Below are positions 46,313 to 56,265 of a stretch of DNA of 64,000 nt, piece by piece. A program made the translations under genes and the position numbers. Position 1 is the first letter of the stretch, and each line of letters opens with the position of its first letter. Origin of the DNA: Thermomicrobiales bacterium (GTDB lineage: Bacteria; Chloroflexota; Chloroflexia; Thermomicrobiales; UBA6265); NCBI GenBank assembly GCA_023957015.1, contig JAMLHR010000001.1:28841-92840 (forward strand), given 5' to 3'. Below the pieces are notes generated by a model. That model did not search any database. It was given only the letters and a program-made list of their open reading frames with translations, and had not been told where the DNA came from.

Positions 46313-47428
46313 ATGACCACCCAATCTACCAAGCGAATACCCACTGCCGCCGAGCGTACCGATATCCTGCGCACTCTGACTATCTGGACACAGAACCAGA
46401 CGGCCGCTGAGGACCTAACCCAACAGACCATGTTGGAAGCCTGGAAAAGCGAGCGGCAGCCTCCAGACCCCGAATGGCGGCCATGGCTCTTCGGTATTGC
46501 CCGCAACATGTTCTACCGCTGGCGTCGCGATCTGGCACGAGATCTCCGACGCACGATCGCGATGCCGGAAACTGATGCGATCTTCGAAGCTACCGCCAGC
46601 GATATCGACCTGGATATCGAACTCGAGCGCAATGAGATAGCCGCCCTACTGCATGATCTGCTCGATAGGTTGCCGAAAGAGACACGCGACATCCTGCTGC
46701 ATAAGTACATCAATGATCTGCCACAGGCCGCGATCGCGGAGAGTCTGGGCTTGCATGAGAAAGCAGTGGAAGGTCGTTTGTATCGGGGTAAGAGACTCCT
46801 CCGCGATCAGTTGTTGATGTTCCGCGCTGATGCGGCGGTGGAGCTAGGAATCGTGACAGAGAGCAACACCTGGCAGCAGACCGCTCATTGGTGTCCACGC
46901 TGTGGAGATCAGCAACTCCTGGCCCGATGGAGCGACAAGGGTACGCTTCGGTTCGAGTGTCCTTCCTGCCTGGATGGGGCTCGCACAGAGGTGTATGTTG
47001 GTGATGAAATCCAATCCCGCACCTTCAACCGTCGCCCCACATACTCGAGAGTTATGAAGTTCTTCAATCTCCAATCGGATGCTTGTGTGCGTACCAACCC
47101 CTCTCTCCCAGTGACATGCCCGGCCTGCGACAGCACAATGCGGTATACGGCCCAACGCTTTAACGAGCCTCTGGCATTCGAAGCAGCCTTCTTCTGCAAC
47201 TCCTGTGACGCGTACTTCCGGTTCGAAAACCTGCTGGAATGCGGTATCGATGCAAAAGCTGGGGTTGCGTTTCGTCTTCAGCATCCTCGCGTAGCCGCAT
47301 CCCCGCCGACGCTTATCAACTATCAGGGAATGGAGGCAATCCAGGTACGCTGGATTGCTCGCGACGGTTCAGCGGAGTTGATAGCGTTCCATGATCCCCA
47401 GTTGGGGTATCTCATCGAGACCGTTTAG
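46313..47428 (+). CDS. ECF-type sigma-70 factor fused to a C-terminal double zinc-ribbon domain
   Basis: Region 2 (AEDLTQQTMLEAW...WLFGIARNMFYRWRRD). Region 4 (LPQAAIAESLGLHEKAVEGRLYRGKRLLRDQL). Then CPRC..x17..CPSC and CPAC..x21..CNSC. No TM segment. Confidence 0.8.
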   Translation: MTTQSTKRIPTAAERTDILRTLTIWTQNQTAAEDLTQQTMLEAWKSERQPPDPEWRPWLFGIARNMFYRWRRDLARDLRRTIAMPETDAIFEATASDIDLDIELERNEIAALLHDLLDRLPKETRDILLHKYINDLPQAAIAESLGLHEKAVEGRLYRGKRLLRDQLLMFRADAAVELGIVTESNTWQQTAHWCPRCGDQQLLARWSDKGTLRFECPSCLDGARTEVYVGDEIQSRTFNRRPTYSRVMKFFNLQSDACVRTNPSLPVTCPACDSTMRYTAQRFNEPLAFEAAFFCNSCDAYFRFENLLECGIDAKAGVAFRLQHPRVAASPPTLINYQGMEAIQVRWIARDGSAELIAFHDPQLGYLIETV

Positions 47429-47498
47429 CGCATCAGACTACCTCGTTCATCACTCTTCATCCTCATCGCGCAGATGAGATCTTAGCAAGGCTGCCCGT

Positions 47499-48713
47499 AT
47501 GCATAGCGTCAAAACCACAATCTCCGGAGATATTCGCTGGTACTGGAGCAACGCGGTCGGTACGAGCTTTGCCGATAGTCTCATCAGTTTCGCCCTGATA
47601 CTGCTGGTGCTGAACGTTACCGGGTCCCTTTCCATGATGGCCGCCATGTCCATCACAATGGCTCTACCAAACATCGTCATCGGGTTGTTTAGTTCCGTTT
47701 GGGTGGATCGCTGGCATCCGCGACGCGTAGTCCAAATCAGTCAACTTTGTCGCGCTGGTGTTGTCTGCTGTTTCATACTGGTCGATCACTTCGATGCCAT
47801 CTGGTTGGCATTTGTTATTGCCTTCGCACAGTCGGTTATCGGCACATTCGATGATCCCTCTCGCGGCAAGATCGTGCGGGCACTCACGACTGATGAGAAC
47901 AGACTCTCGGTCAACTCGTTCACGCAGACAGGACGATCCATCGCCAGTGTGGCGGGCACGACATGTGGTGGTGTCATCGTGGTCTATACGCCCGATTCAT
48001 TTGGCGTCGTCTTCCTATTGGCGGCTGCCTGTTACGCCGCGATGGGGTGGATCGTGGCCCATATCTCGGTGGATGCAACCACCGAGCACATTGAACCCGG
48101 AAGATCCGGAAACTATTGGCAGGAACTTCGGGTGGGCCTGAAGGCGGTCCGGGAGTCTCCGGCACTCATCGCTGTGCTGGTCGCAGCTATGACCACAACT
48201 ATCGGCGCAGCTGCGGCAACGGTGCTCCTTACCCCTCTGCTTGTCAACGAACTCGGTATCTCACCTGCCTGGTTTGGTATCGTCGAAGGTAGCCAGGCTG
48301 TCGGTAGCGTCGCCGTCTCCCTCGTGATAGGAGTGATCGGATCCCGATTGAATGTGAATCGATTGATCGTCTGGGCACTCGTTGGCACCGGAATCGTCAT
48401 CGCTCTCATCGGCAGCGCTCCGAACATCTGGACACTGCTCATCTGCATGTTGGCGGTTGGTATCACCATCACACCTGTTGGGTCCTCGTTCTCCACGATC
48501 TTGCAGTCGCATGCCGATCCCACGGTGATCGGTCGCGTTGGAGCCGTTCTGAATATGATCCTGGAGCCGTTTTCGATACTGGGCATGGCAGGGGCGGGCC
48601 TGATGGCGGAGCGTGTCGGTATTCAACCGGTCTACTGGCTCGCCGGTCTTCTCTGCGTAATAGGCGGTATCTCGGCTTCGGTTCTTCTTGGAGGAGAATC
48701 CGAGGTGGCGTAG
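47499..48713 (+). CDS. MFS transporter
   Basis: 12 predicted hydrophobic segments in 404 aa. The DRWHPRR loop after TM2 is typical of MFS. Confidence 0.8.
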   Translation: MHSVKTTISGDIRWYWSNAVGTSFADSLISFALILLVLNVTGSLSMMAAMSITMALPNIVIGLFSSVWVDRWHPRRVVQISQLCRAGVVCCFILVDHFDAIWLAFVIAFAQSVIGTFDDPSRGKIVRALTTDENRLSVNSFTQTGRSIASVAGTTCGGVIVVYTPDSFGVVFLLAAACYAAMGWIVAHISVDATTEHIEPGRSGNYWQELRVGLKAVRESPALIAVLVAAMTTTIGAAAATVLLTPLLVNELGISPAWFGIVEGSQAVGSVAVSLVIGVIGSRLNVNRLIVWALVGTGIVIALIGSAPNIWTLLICMLAVGITITPVGSSFSTILQSHADPTVIGRVGAVLNMILEPFSILGMAGAGLMAERVGIQPVYWLAGLLCVIGGISASVLLGGESEVA

Positions 48714-48869
48714 TTTAGGTCAGTGTTCCAGTCCCAACAAGAGTGGTACAACCAACTCATTGCGAGAATCTGCACATCGAATCGCGATCACATGCGGTCC
48801 GCGCCAGGATGAAGGATTTCGTCGCGTTAGTGCGATGTATAGGTAGACGATGGTAAACGGAGGAATCAC

Positions 48870-50027
48870 GTGACCAAAACATCTACCAAACGAATACCTA
48901 CCCCCGGCGAGCGCGATGATATCCTGCGCACCCTGACAATCTGGACGCAAAACCCAACTGTCGCCGAAGATTTGACCCAGCAGACGCTGATCGAAGCCTG
49001 GAAAAGCGAACGGCAGCCTCCAGACCCCGAATGGCGACCATGGCTGTTCGGTATCGCTCGTAACGTGTTCTACCGCTGGCGTCGTGATCTCGCACGAGAT
49101 CTCCGACGCACGATCGCGATGCCGGAGACTGATGCATTCCTTGAGGCATCGGGAACTGAGATTGATCTCCATCAGGCCGAGATGATCTCCCTTCTTCAGG
49201 AAATGATTGACGAACTTCCTGAAGACACACGGCGAGCGTTACTGCTGAAATACGTTGAGGGACTACCTCAAACCGAAGTGGCCGACCGCCTCGGTGTCGG
49301 TGAGAAAGCGCTGGAAAGTCGCCTCTTACGCGGGAAACGCAAACTTCGCGACCACATCATTATGAACCGCCCCGATACCGCAATCGATCTGGGGCTTGTG
49401 ATCGACACGGAGGTATGGCACACAACCAACATCTGGTGCCTTTCCTGCGGCCGCGAACGGTTGGAAGCTCGCTGGTTTGAGGACGGCACAGTTCGGTACG
49501 ACTGCCCAAGCTGTCATAACGACTGGTTCATGCCAGACGAACGCACCATTCAAACATCGCATCGATTCTTGAGCGGAATCCCCAGAAATCCACCACCATT
49601 CACACCGCTACACCGCCTTATCTCCGAACAATCGGGACTGATACTCCATCGCAGCGGTCCGAGCGGTACACCGTGCCCGCACTGCGGACGAACGATCGAA
49701 CCCGTGCGGTGGTCACCACCGGAGAGCTCCTCTGTCCCAATCGAACCCGAGATACAACTAGACGTAATCTACACTTGCCGGGCTTGCGCCTCCGTCCTGA
49801 AGTTCTCCTATCTGCCCGGGTCAGGAATCTGGACCGGGCAAGGAAACACGTTCACCGCCAAGCACCCTCAGGTGGAGATGCTGAAACCTGTCGCGACCGA
49901 ATGGCAGGGCCGACCTGCAATCCGCACAACCTGGAAAAGCCTCAACGATCCTGGCGAGTTTACCTGTTGGGTCGATACCGAGATGCTGACACTGCTAGAT
50001 ATCATGGTCGACGGCGAGTTGCAGTGA
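48870..50027 (+). CDS. ECF-type sigma-70 factor fused to a C-terminal double zinc-ribbon domain (paralog)
   Basis: GTG start after GGAGG. The N-terminal ~96 aa are nearly identical to the 46313 gene. The zinc ribbons are CLSC...CPSC and CPHC...CRAC. Confidence 0.8.
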   Translation: MTKTSTKRIPTPGERDDILRTLTIWTQNPTVAEDLTQQTLIEAWKSERQPPDPEWRPWLFGIARNVFYRWRRDLARDLRRTIAMPETDAFLEASGTEIDLHQAEMISLLQEMIDELPEDTRRALLLKYVEGLPQTEVADRLGVGEKALESRLLRGKRKLRDHIIMNRPDTAIDLGLVIDTEVWHTTNIWCLSCGRERLEARWFEDGTVRYDCPSCHNDWFMPDERTIQTSHRFLSGIPRNPPPFTPLHRLISEQSGLILHRSGPSGTPCPHCGRTIEPVRWSPPESSSVPIEPEIQLDVIYTCRACASVLKFSYLPGSGIWTGQGNTFTAKHPQVEMLKPVATEWQGRPAIRTTWKSLNDPGEFTCWVDTEMLTLLDIMVDGELQ

Positions 50028-51844
50028 GTAGCGGTTCCAACTCGCTTGTCGCGATTCAACCCTTGCTCGGTGAGAGCAAGCGGTCGCTCCTCTCACGCGT
50101 GCGATCGTTCATATGGCTCATTGGCAAACTCGCCGAGACAATACCACTGCCCTTCATCTGCTGGCTCGGCATGAATATCCTGCAAGGTTCGATGCCTCCC
50201 TTCCAAATCTGGGCAAGCGGGAAGTTGGTCAACGCGATTCAGGTGCGCATTGATGGCCATCAGGCCAATCCGTGGCTGTGGGCGATACTGATGGCCTCTG
50301 GTCTCGCTGGCAGTCGACTCCTGGCTCCAACTAAAAGTTGGTGTGAAGCTGCAATCCATGAGCAAGGAGTACCCGCGGTTCACAGCCGCGTGCTGGAACG
50401 GACAACCGAGGTTGATCTGGCTTTGCTAGAGTATCAGGCGTTCCATGATGTTGCGCTAAGGATCGCTGAACAGGCGAACCAAACCCTTAAGGAAACGCTC
50501 AAAACGCTTGGTGACATCCTTACGAATGTCATACCGATTATCGGTGCTATCCTGATCATCTCCCGTATCCACTGGCTTCTGGTTGCGGCCCTGTTTCTTC
50601 CCCTCATTCCGCTACTGGCGGTTTCCCTGCGACAGGGCGACCTGGTTTGGAGTGCCCTCAGCAAACAGACTCGGGATCGACGAATTGCCCAGTACATCGC
50701 CGCCCGATTTAGCGACCGCCAAGCAGCGAAGGAGATTCGGCTATTTGGTTTGGCTGATGAACTCATTCAACGATGGGAGGTTCATTTCACGGCCACGCGA
50801 AAAGAGATGCGAGGCAAGATCACTCGTGCATTTCTCAGGTTGCAACTGGGCGGAACGGGTGCAGATGTGATCAGCTACGCCGTGCTTATCTGGGCGATCA
50901 CGGGCAGGTTTGTTCACCTCACCGCAGCTGATATCACGGTGCTGATGGGTGCATTCATGACGATTGGCAACCAAAGCTTCCAACTCCAACAGGCAACGTT
51001 GGACATCGGCAAACATGGCGGCTTCGCTGCTGATGTGCGAGCATTTCTCAACCTTCCAGCCCCGTGCGCTGTGATACCCACCTCGGCGACAATCCCTCCC
51101 CAGCCCCTATCGATCACGCTGGATCACGTCAGCTTCGCCTATCCCGGAGCCACGGCTAATGTGATTGACGATGTGAATCTCACGATCCCGGTGGGTCAGA
51201 CGCTGGCGATTGTCGGCGAAAATGGCGCGGGCAAAACAACGCTGCTCAAGCTCATCCTGGGACTGTACCAGCCCGACTCAGGCCGGATATTCTTCGGCGA
51301 CCGCGACCTGCAATCTATCCCGATCGTTGAACGCCAGGCGCTGATGGCAGCGGTTTTTCAGAGCTTTTCTCGTTACCCGGAAAGCATTCTTGAGAACATC
51401 ACCATACCAAAAGGCCACGACGCTGCAGAACTGGAGCGCGTGATCTCCGAAGCGGGCCTGGACAGGATGATTGCCGATGTCCCCGACGGGATAGAGACCA
51501 TTCTCAGCCCGGATCTCGGAGGTATCGACCTCAGTGGCGGCCAATGGCAGCGACTGGCAATCGCGCGGGCAGCATATCGAAATGCGACGATTCTTGCACT
51601 TGATGAACCTACAGCTGCTCTTGATCCCTTGGCAGAAGTGGACATCTTCAAGCGTTTCGCCCAATTGAGTGACAACCGCACCACTATCCTCATCAGCCAT
51701 CGTCTCGGCATGACCAGGCTCGCTGATCGCATCATTGTTATTGAGCACGGCAAGATCACCGAAGATGGAACTCACGCTCAATTATTACGTAACAACCATC
51801 ATTACGCGGAACTCTGGGAGATGCAGAGCCGATGGTATCGATAG
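50024..51844 (+). CDS. ABC exporter, fused permease-ATPase (half transporter 1)
   Basis: GTG 50024 overlaps the sigma stop (GTGA). Six TM segments, then GENGAGKTTLLKLILG, LSGGQWQRLAIARA and ILALDEPTAALD. The ORF-track start at 49673 lies inside the sigma gene. Confidence 0.8.
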   Translation: MSSGSNSLVAIQPLLGESKRSLLSRVRSFIWLIGKLAETIPLPFICWLGMNILQGSMPPFQIWASGKLVNAIQVRIDGHQANPWLWAILMASGLAGSRLLAPTKSWCEAAIHEQGVPAVHSRVLERTTEVDLALLEYQAFHDVALRIAEQANQTLKETLKTLGDILTNVIPIIGAILIISRIHWLLVAALFLPLIPLLAVSLRQGDLVWSALSKQTRDRRIAQYIAARFSDRQAAKEIRLFGLADELIQRWEVHFTATRKEMRGKITRAFLRLQLGGTGADVISYAVLIWAITGRFVHLTAADITVLMGAFMTIGNQSFQLQQATLDIGKHGGFAADVRAFLNLPAPCAVIPTSATIPPQPLSITLDHVSFAYPGATANVIDDVNLTIPVGQTLAIVGENGAGKTTLLKLILGLYQPDSGRIFFGDRDLQSIPIVERQALMAAVFQSFSRYPESILENITIPKGHDAAELERVISEAGLDRMIADVPDGIETILSPDLGGIDLSGGQWQRLAIARAAYRNATILALDEPTAALDPLAEVDIFKRFAQLSDNRTTILISHRLGMTRLADRIIVIEHGKITEDGTHAQLLRNNHHYAELWEMQSRWYR

Positions 51845-53631
51845 TTTCTGTCGCTCAGAAGCACCCCTCCAACTGGCGCGGAATCGTTCAACTGCTTGGC
51901 GGTATTGGACGTCGCAATCCTCTGCCGCTGGTATCACTTACGCTGCTTACCATTATCGGCAATACGCGCACGGGTCTCTATGTGTTGTCACTTGGCGGCA
52001 TTACCGAGGCGCTAATCGTTCAGAACCGACGTCAGGCAATCATGTGGGCATTGGTATTTCTGGGTGCTGGCGTTATGGAGCAACTCTACTGGCCGTTCCG
52101 CAACCATCTTCGCTCGATCGTTGTGGATGATGCCGGTGTCTTACTGCAAAAGCGAGTGCTGCTCAAATCGGCGCAGGTTCCCCTGGAACACTACGAACAC
52201 GCGCCGTTCTTCAATGCTCTTACCCGCGCCAACGATGATCTTGGTGGACGATCTGGCACTATTATCTCGCTCGTTTTCGATCTTCTACAGGTCCTGATTC
52301 TGTTTGCCAGCATACTGGCGCCGGTATGGTTCATCGACGCTCGTATCGTGGGAATGGTTGTTATCGGCTGCATCCCTCTCTTTATCAGCACCTGGCACAC
52401 TGCGCACACCTACTATGAGGTCAAGACTCGCAACGCTCCCATCGAACTCTATGCCAGCAAACTCAGTGACCTCATTCTGCAACGCGATGCCGCAGCTGAG
52501 ATTCGCCTGTTCGGAACGGGACCAAGGCTGGTACAGCGGTGGCTGGGAGCCCGTAACAACGTTGCCGAGCAGAGTATCCGGGCAGTGGGGATTGTTACCC
52601 GCTCACAGTTTGCAGGAGAGATCTTCGTCGCCATGAGCATGGCGGCGGCCATCACGCTGCTGGTGCACAACCTGCTGAACGGTCGTGCTCCGCTGGGTTC
52701 GCTGGTAGCCGTGGTCTTCGCCATAGTTTGGAGCATAGATATGGTGGGCGGATTGGCGTATGTCACCCGCGCTGTGCGCGAGAACGGTGCATTCCTCAAT
52801 GATGTCTTTGTGTTTGAGGAAGAGGCCACGAGATTTCAGCGTCCGGCACCGGCAATCGCTTCCCGCTCAACCGGACCGATGAAGGTTCGTCTGAAAAATG
52901 CGAGCTTCCGCTATCCGGATACCGATCGCGATGTTGTACACAACCTTAACCTGGAGATCGCGGCTGGCGAACATATCGCTCTCCTGGGGGAGAACGGTGC
53001 TGGCAAGAGCACATTGGTACGACTGATTGCCGGGCTCTATACACCCACTATCGGCCGTGTTTACCAAGATGACAGCATCGCGACGGATAACCGCGACGAT
53101 ATCGGGGCCGTGTTCCAGGATTTCGAGCGCTGGCAACTGCCACTCCGTGACAATGTCGGATTCGGAAACATCAACCAAATCAGTGATGATACCGCCATCC
53201 ACCGCGCGTTGGAGAAGTCAGATCTTGGGAACCTGCCGCAGGAACTCGAAGATGGATTGGATACCTGGCTCGGACGCGAGTTTGGGGAGCGAGATCTGAG
53301 TGGTGGCCAGTGGCAACGCCTCGCCATCGCCCGTGCATTCTTCCGGAATGCCCGCCTGCTGATCCTGGATGAACCCACTGCGGCCCTCGATCCGCTCGCC
53401 GAACAACGACTCTTCGAGCGCTTCCGCGAACTCGCCGCGGGAAAGACGGCAATCACTATCAGTCACCGTATCGGACCTGCGCGATCGGCGGATCGAATTC
53501 TGGTGATGGACAGAGGTCAAGTCATCGAGGACGGTACGCATGAATCACTCATGAACCGAAATGGTATGTATGCATCCATGTTCCGATCCCAGCAAGAGTG
53601 GTACAACCATGACAGTGGAGAAACAGACTAG
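51832..53631 (+). CDS. ABC exporter, fused permease-ATPase (half transporter 2)
   Basis: Overlaps the previous gene by 13 nt. GENGAGKSTLVRLIAG, LSGGQWQRLAIARAF, LLILDEPTAALD. Confidence 0.85.
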   Translation: MVSIVSVAQKHPSNWRGIVQLLGGIGRRNPLPLVSLTLLTIIGNTRTGLYVLSLGGITEALIVQNRRQAIMWALVFLGAGVMEQLYWPFRNHLRSIVVDDAGVLLQKRVLLKSAQVPLEHYEHAPFFNALTRANDDLGGRSGTIISLVFDLLQVLILFASILAPVWFIDARIVGMVVIGCIPLFISTWHTAHTYYEVKTRNAPIELYASKLSDLILQRDAAAEIRLFGTGPRLVQRWLGARNNVAEQSIRAVGIVTRSQFAGEIFVAMSMAAAITLLVHNLLNGRAPLGSLVAVVFAIVWSIDMVGGLAYVTRAVRENGAFLNDVFVFEEEATRFQRPAPAIASRSTGPMKVRLKNASFRYPDTDRDVVHNLNLEIAAGEHIALLGENGAGKSTLVRLIAGLYTPTIGRVYQDDSIATDNRDDIGAVFQDFERWQLPLRDNVGFGNINQISDDTAIHRALEKSDLGNLPQELEDGLDTWLGREFGERDLSGGQWQRLAIARAFFRNARLLILDEPTAALDPLAEQRLFERFRELAAGKTAITISHRIGPARSADRILVMDRGQVIEDGTHESLMNRNGMYASMFRSQQEWYNHDSGETD

Positions 53632-53646
53632 TTGATCGGAGCAACA

Positions 53647-54390
53647 ATGGCAGCCTATCGTGAGTATTCCCGGCGGATGTATGATGTTCTCGAAGATATG
53701 TTCGAGACACAGGGCGAGAAGATCGAGACGGTGGCGGAATGGATGGCCGATTCGATTGCCGCAGGTGGCGTGGTTCACCTCTTCGGCAGCGGACACAGCC
53801 ACCTGGTGGCAGAAGAGGTCTTCCACCGCGCCGGCAGTCTGATGGCACTCAACCCGATGCTGGATGTGAATCTGACCTTCCTGGGCAGTGTGAACGCCAC
53901 CCTGTTGGAACGCACCGCCGGGTATGCCAAGGTGGTAATGGGATCGCATGATATCCGCGAAGGCGAGATCGTGATCGTCATTAGCAACTCAGGTGTCAAC
54001 CCGGTACCAATCGAAGCGGTGCTGGAGGCACGAGCGCGCGGGGCGAAGACAGTCGCGATCACAAGTGATCGCCACTATACGGATGCGCCCAGCCGTCACG
54101 AAAGCGGCAAGCGGCTGGCGGAGATCGCTGATATCACGCTCGATACCTGCGTACCGTGGGGTGACGCCATCGTGAATCTGCTCGGGGTCGAACAGCCGGT
54201 CGGTGGTATTAGCAGTGTCGCCGGACTCGCCCTCATCACCTCGATTGTGGTGGAAACAACGCAGCGATTGCTCGATAAAGGCATCGATCCCCCGGTGATT
54301 CCAACGATGAATCTGCCTGGTGGCGATGAGAAGATCGAGGGACTTATCGAGACCTACGGTCATCGGTTGCCGTTATTGAAGAATGCGTAG
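53647..54390 (+). CDS. SIS-domain protein (UPF0309 family)
   Basis: GGAG 6 nt before ATG 53647. VVHLFGSGHSHLVAEE and VISNSGVNPVPIE are typical SIS phosphosugar-binding motifs. TTG 53632 is an alternative start. Confidence 0.7.
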   Translation: MAAYREYSRRMYDVLEDMFETQGEKIETVAEWMADSIAAGGVVHLFGSGHSHLVAEEVFHRAGSLMALNPMLDVNLTFLGSVNATLLERTAGYAKVVMGSHDIREGEIVIVISNSGVNPVPIEAVLEARARGAKTVAITSDRHYTDAPSRHESGKRLAEIADITLDTCVPWGDAIVNLLGVEQPVGGISSVAGLALITSIVVETTQRLLDKGIDPPVIPTMNLPGGDEKIEGLIETYGHRLPLLKNA

Positions 54391-54391
54391 G

Positions 54392-54435
54392 CCCATTCGG
54401 GCGGATGCCGATTGCGATCGGATCCGCGCCCTACG
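54392..54435 (-). repeat. REP-like hairpin, family CGTAGGG..CCGATC..GCCCGAA (copy 3)
   Basis: The reverse complement reads CCGTAGGGCGCGGATCCGATCGCAATCGGCATCCGCCCGAATGGG. Confidence 0.75.
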
Positions 54436-54480
54436 GAATTCTGCGGTGGAACAGCTATCCTGAGCGATGAAGGAGGCATC

Positions 54481-54864
54481 ATGTCCATCACACTTCTCTA
54501 TGATGAAACCTGTGGATTTTGCACACGGGTGGTGAACTGGGTTGCGCAACGAAAGCGGGGCGGCTTGATCCAGATCATGCCGTGTCAGTTCGCACTGCTC
54601 ACCGGGCAGTTCCCGGTAACAGAAACGGACTGTCTGACGTCGATTCAGGTATTCACGCTTAACCAGCAGGTACCGTTGCGGAAGGGGCAGGCAGCAGCGC
54701 AGATCGCCGACGTGCTCTTGGATTCGCATTGGCCGTCACGAATCGCTGGCCTACTGATCATCAAACAGGTACTGGATCTGGGTTACACCTTTATCGCGGT
54801 GAATCGACATCGATTACCGGGCATCAAGCAGATGTGCGCCGCGGGTAATCCGGATGGATGTTAG
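54481..54864 (+). CDS. DCC-family thiol-disulfide oxidoreductase (DUF393)
   Basis: MSITLLYDETCGFCTRVVNWV (CxxC near the N-terminus), about 127 aa. Confidence 0.7.
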   Translation: MSITLLYDETCGFCTRVVNWVAQRKRGGLIQIMPCQFALLTGQFPVTETDCLTSIQVFTLNQQVPLRKGQAAAQIADVLLDSHWPSRIAGLLIIKQVLDLGYTFIAVNRHRLPGIKQMCAAGNPDGC

Positions 54865-55322
54865 TCAGCTCGTTTGTCCCAGGGGAACTGGATCCAGTCG
54901 TCAGTGTGTTTCCAGACGTACTCCGGTGTAATCGCCGAGCGCGATTTCCGGTAGATCACCAGACTTCGCACCTCGGCAACCTGCTGCTGCACAAACTCAT
55001 GCGTCGTCTGCAATGTGGCACCGGAATCGGCAACGTCATCGCAGATCAACACCTTGAGCCCCTGAAACAACCCTGGATCGGGGATGGGAGGGAGCATCAC
55101 TGGCATCTCCATCGTCTCTTCCCGACCGGTATAGAACTCGATATTAACGACATGGAGCAGCTTAACCCCAAGCGCGTACCCCAAAGCTCCCGCGGTGAAG
55201 AGTCCGCCCCGAGCAATCGCCAGAATGAAATCCGGCTTGTAGCCATCGGACAGCACAGATTGGGCCAGACTCTGCGTAGCCTCGCCGAACATCTCCCAGG
55301 TGAGCATCTCGGTCTCGGGCAT
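54861..55322 (-). CDS. purine phosphoribosyltransferase (Gpt/Hpt-like)
   Basis: PRPP-binding motif KVLICDDVADSGATL; 153 aa. Confidence 0.75.
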   Translation of the reverse strand: MPETEMLTWEMFGEATQSLAQSVLSDGYKPDFILAIARGGLFTAGALGYALGVKLLHVVNIEFYTGREETMEMPVMLPPIPDPGLFQGLKVLICDDVADSGATLQTTHEFVQQQVAEVRSLVIYRKSRSAITPEYVWKHTDDWIQFPWDKRAD

Positions 55323-55324
55323 AG

Positions 55325-56227
55325 CTATCCCTCCTTGGCCAACGATTGCGTGCGCTTATAGGCGGCGTACACGGACTTGGAGAGGATCGTGCGCAACCCG
55401 CCTTTCTCCATCTGATAAATGGCTTCGGCGCTGGTGCCACCAGGACTTGTGACCATGTTGCGGAGCTCGGCCAGATGCTTGCCGCTCTCGCGAGCGTAGC
55501 TCACCGATCCGCCGACCGTCTGCATCACGATCTGCTCGGCGATGCGTCGCGGGAAACCCATGTGCACACCGGCATCAATGAGTGCTTCCATCATCATGAA
55601 GACATAGGTAGGACCGGTACCGCTGAGCGCGGTGGCCATATCGACATACTTCTCGTGCTCGACCTCAAGTTCAAGACCGAGCGCTCCGAGCGCAAGTCGC
55701 ACGCGATTCCGGGCAGCTTCACCCACCTCCGGTACCGCGTACCAAACCGCCATGCCCTCACCGATCTGCGCAGGTGTGTTTGGCATAACCCGGACAATCG
55801 GCTTGTGGTTCAGGCCGTTTTGCAGTTGCGCCACCGATGTACCGGCGGCGATGGAAATCACGATCTGGTGCGGTTGCAGAACCTCTGCCAACTCGGCCAT
55901 CACCGTCTGCATCACTTGCGGCTTGATGGTGAGCAGAATGAGATCGGCATCACGCGCGGCTTCGGCGTTGCTGGCCACCACCCGGATGCCGTGCTTGGCC
56001 TCCAGCCGGATTCGGCGGTCCTCACGCGGGTGGCTGGCGGTGATCTGCTGCTGCGGGATCATCTCTCGCGAGAACAATCCGGCCAGCATCGCTTCGGCCA
56101 TCACACCAGCACCGACGATGGCGATACGCGTATCCGCTAATGTTGAATCACCCAATGAACCAGCCTCCTGAACCCCATCCCAACTTGCGCTCAAGTGTAA
56201 CGCGGGCGAATCGTCCGCATGCGGCAT
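55325..56227 (-). CDS. proC: pyrroline-5-carboxylate reductase
   Basis: Rossmann motif IAIVGAGVMAEAMLAGL and C-terminal MVTSPGGTSAEAI. The start may instead be TTG 56153-56155, which follows AGGAGG. Confidence 0.85.
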   Translation of the reverse strand: MPHADDSPALHLSASWDGVQEAGSLGDSTLADTRIAIVGAGVMAEAMLAGLFSREMIPQQQITASHPREDRRIRLEAKHGIRVVASNAEAARDADLILLTIKPQVMQTVMAELAEVLQPHQIVISIAAGTSVAQLQNGLNHKPIVRVMPNTPAQIGEGMAVWYAVPEVGEAARNRVRLALGALGLELEVEHEKYVDMATALSGTGPTYVFMMMEALIDAGVHMGFPRRIAEQIVMQTVGGSVSYARESGKHLAELRNMVTSPGGTSAEAIYQMEKGGLRTILSKSVYAAYKRTQSLAKEG

Positions 56228-56265
56228 AATTGACGGAGTGAACAGCGAACGCTCCCGGAGGACGC

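Noticed and set aside
49673-50023. ORF-track N-terminal extension of the first ABC exporter (start 49673)
   Set aside because: That stretch lies in an alternative frame inside the sigma-factor gene and has a Pro/Arg-rich nonsense-like translation. GTG 50024, overlapping the sigma stop, gives a normal TM-domain start.
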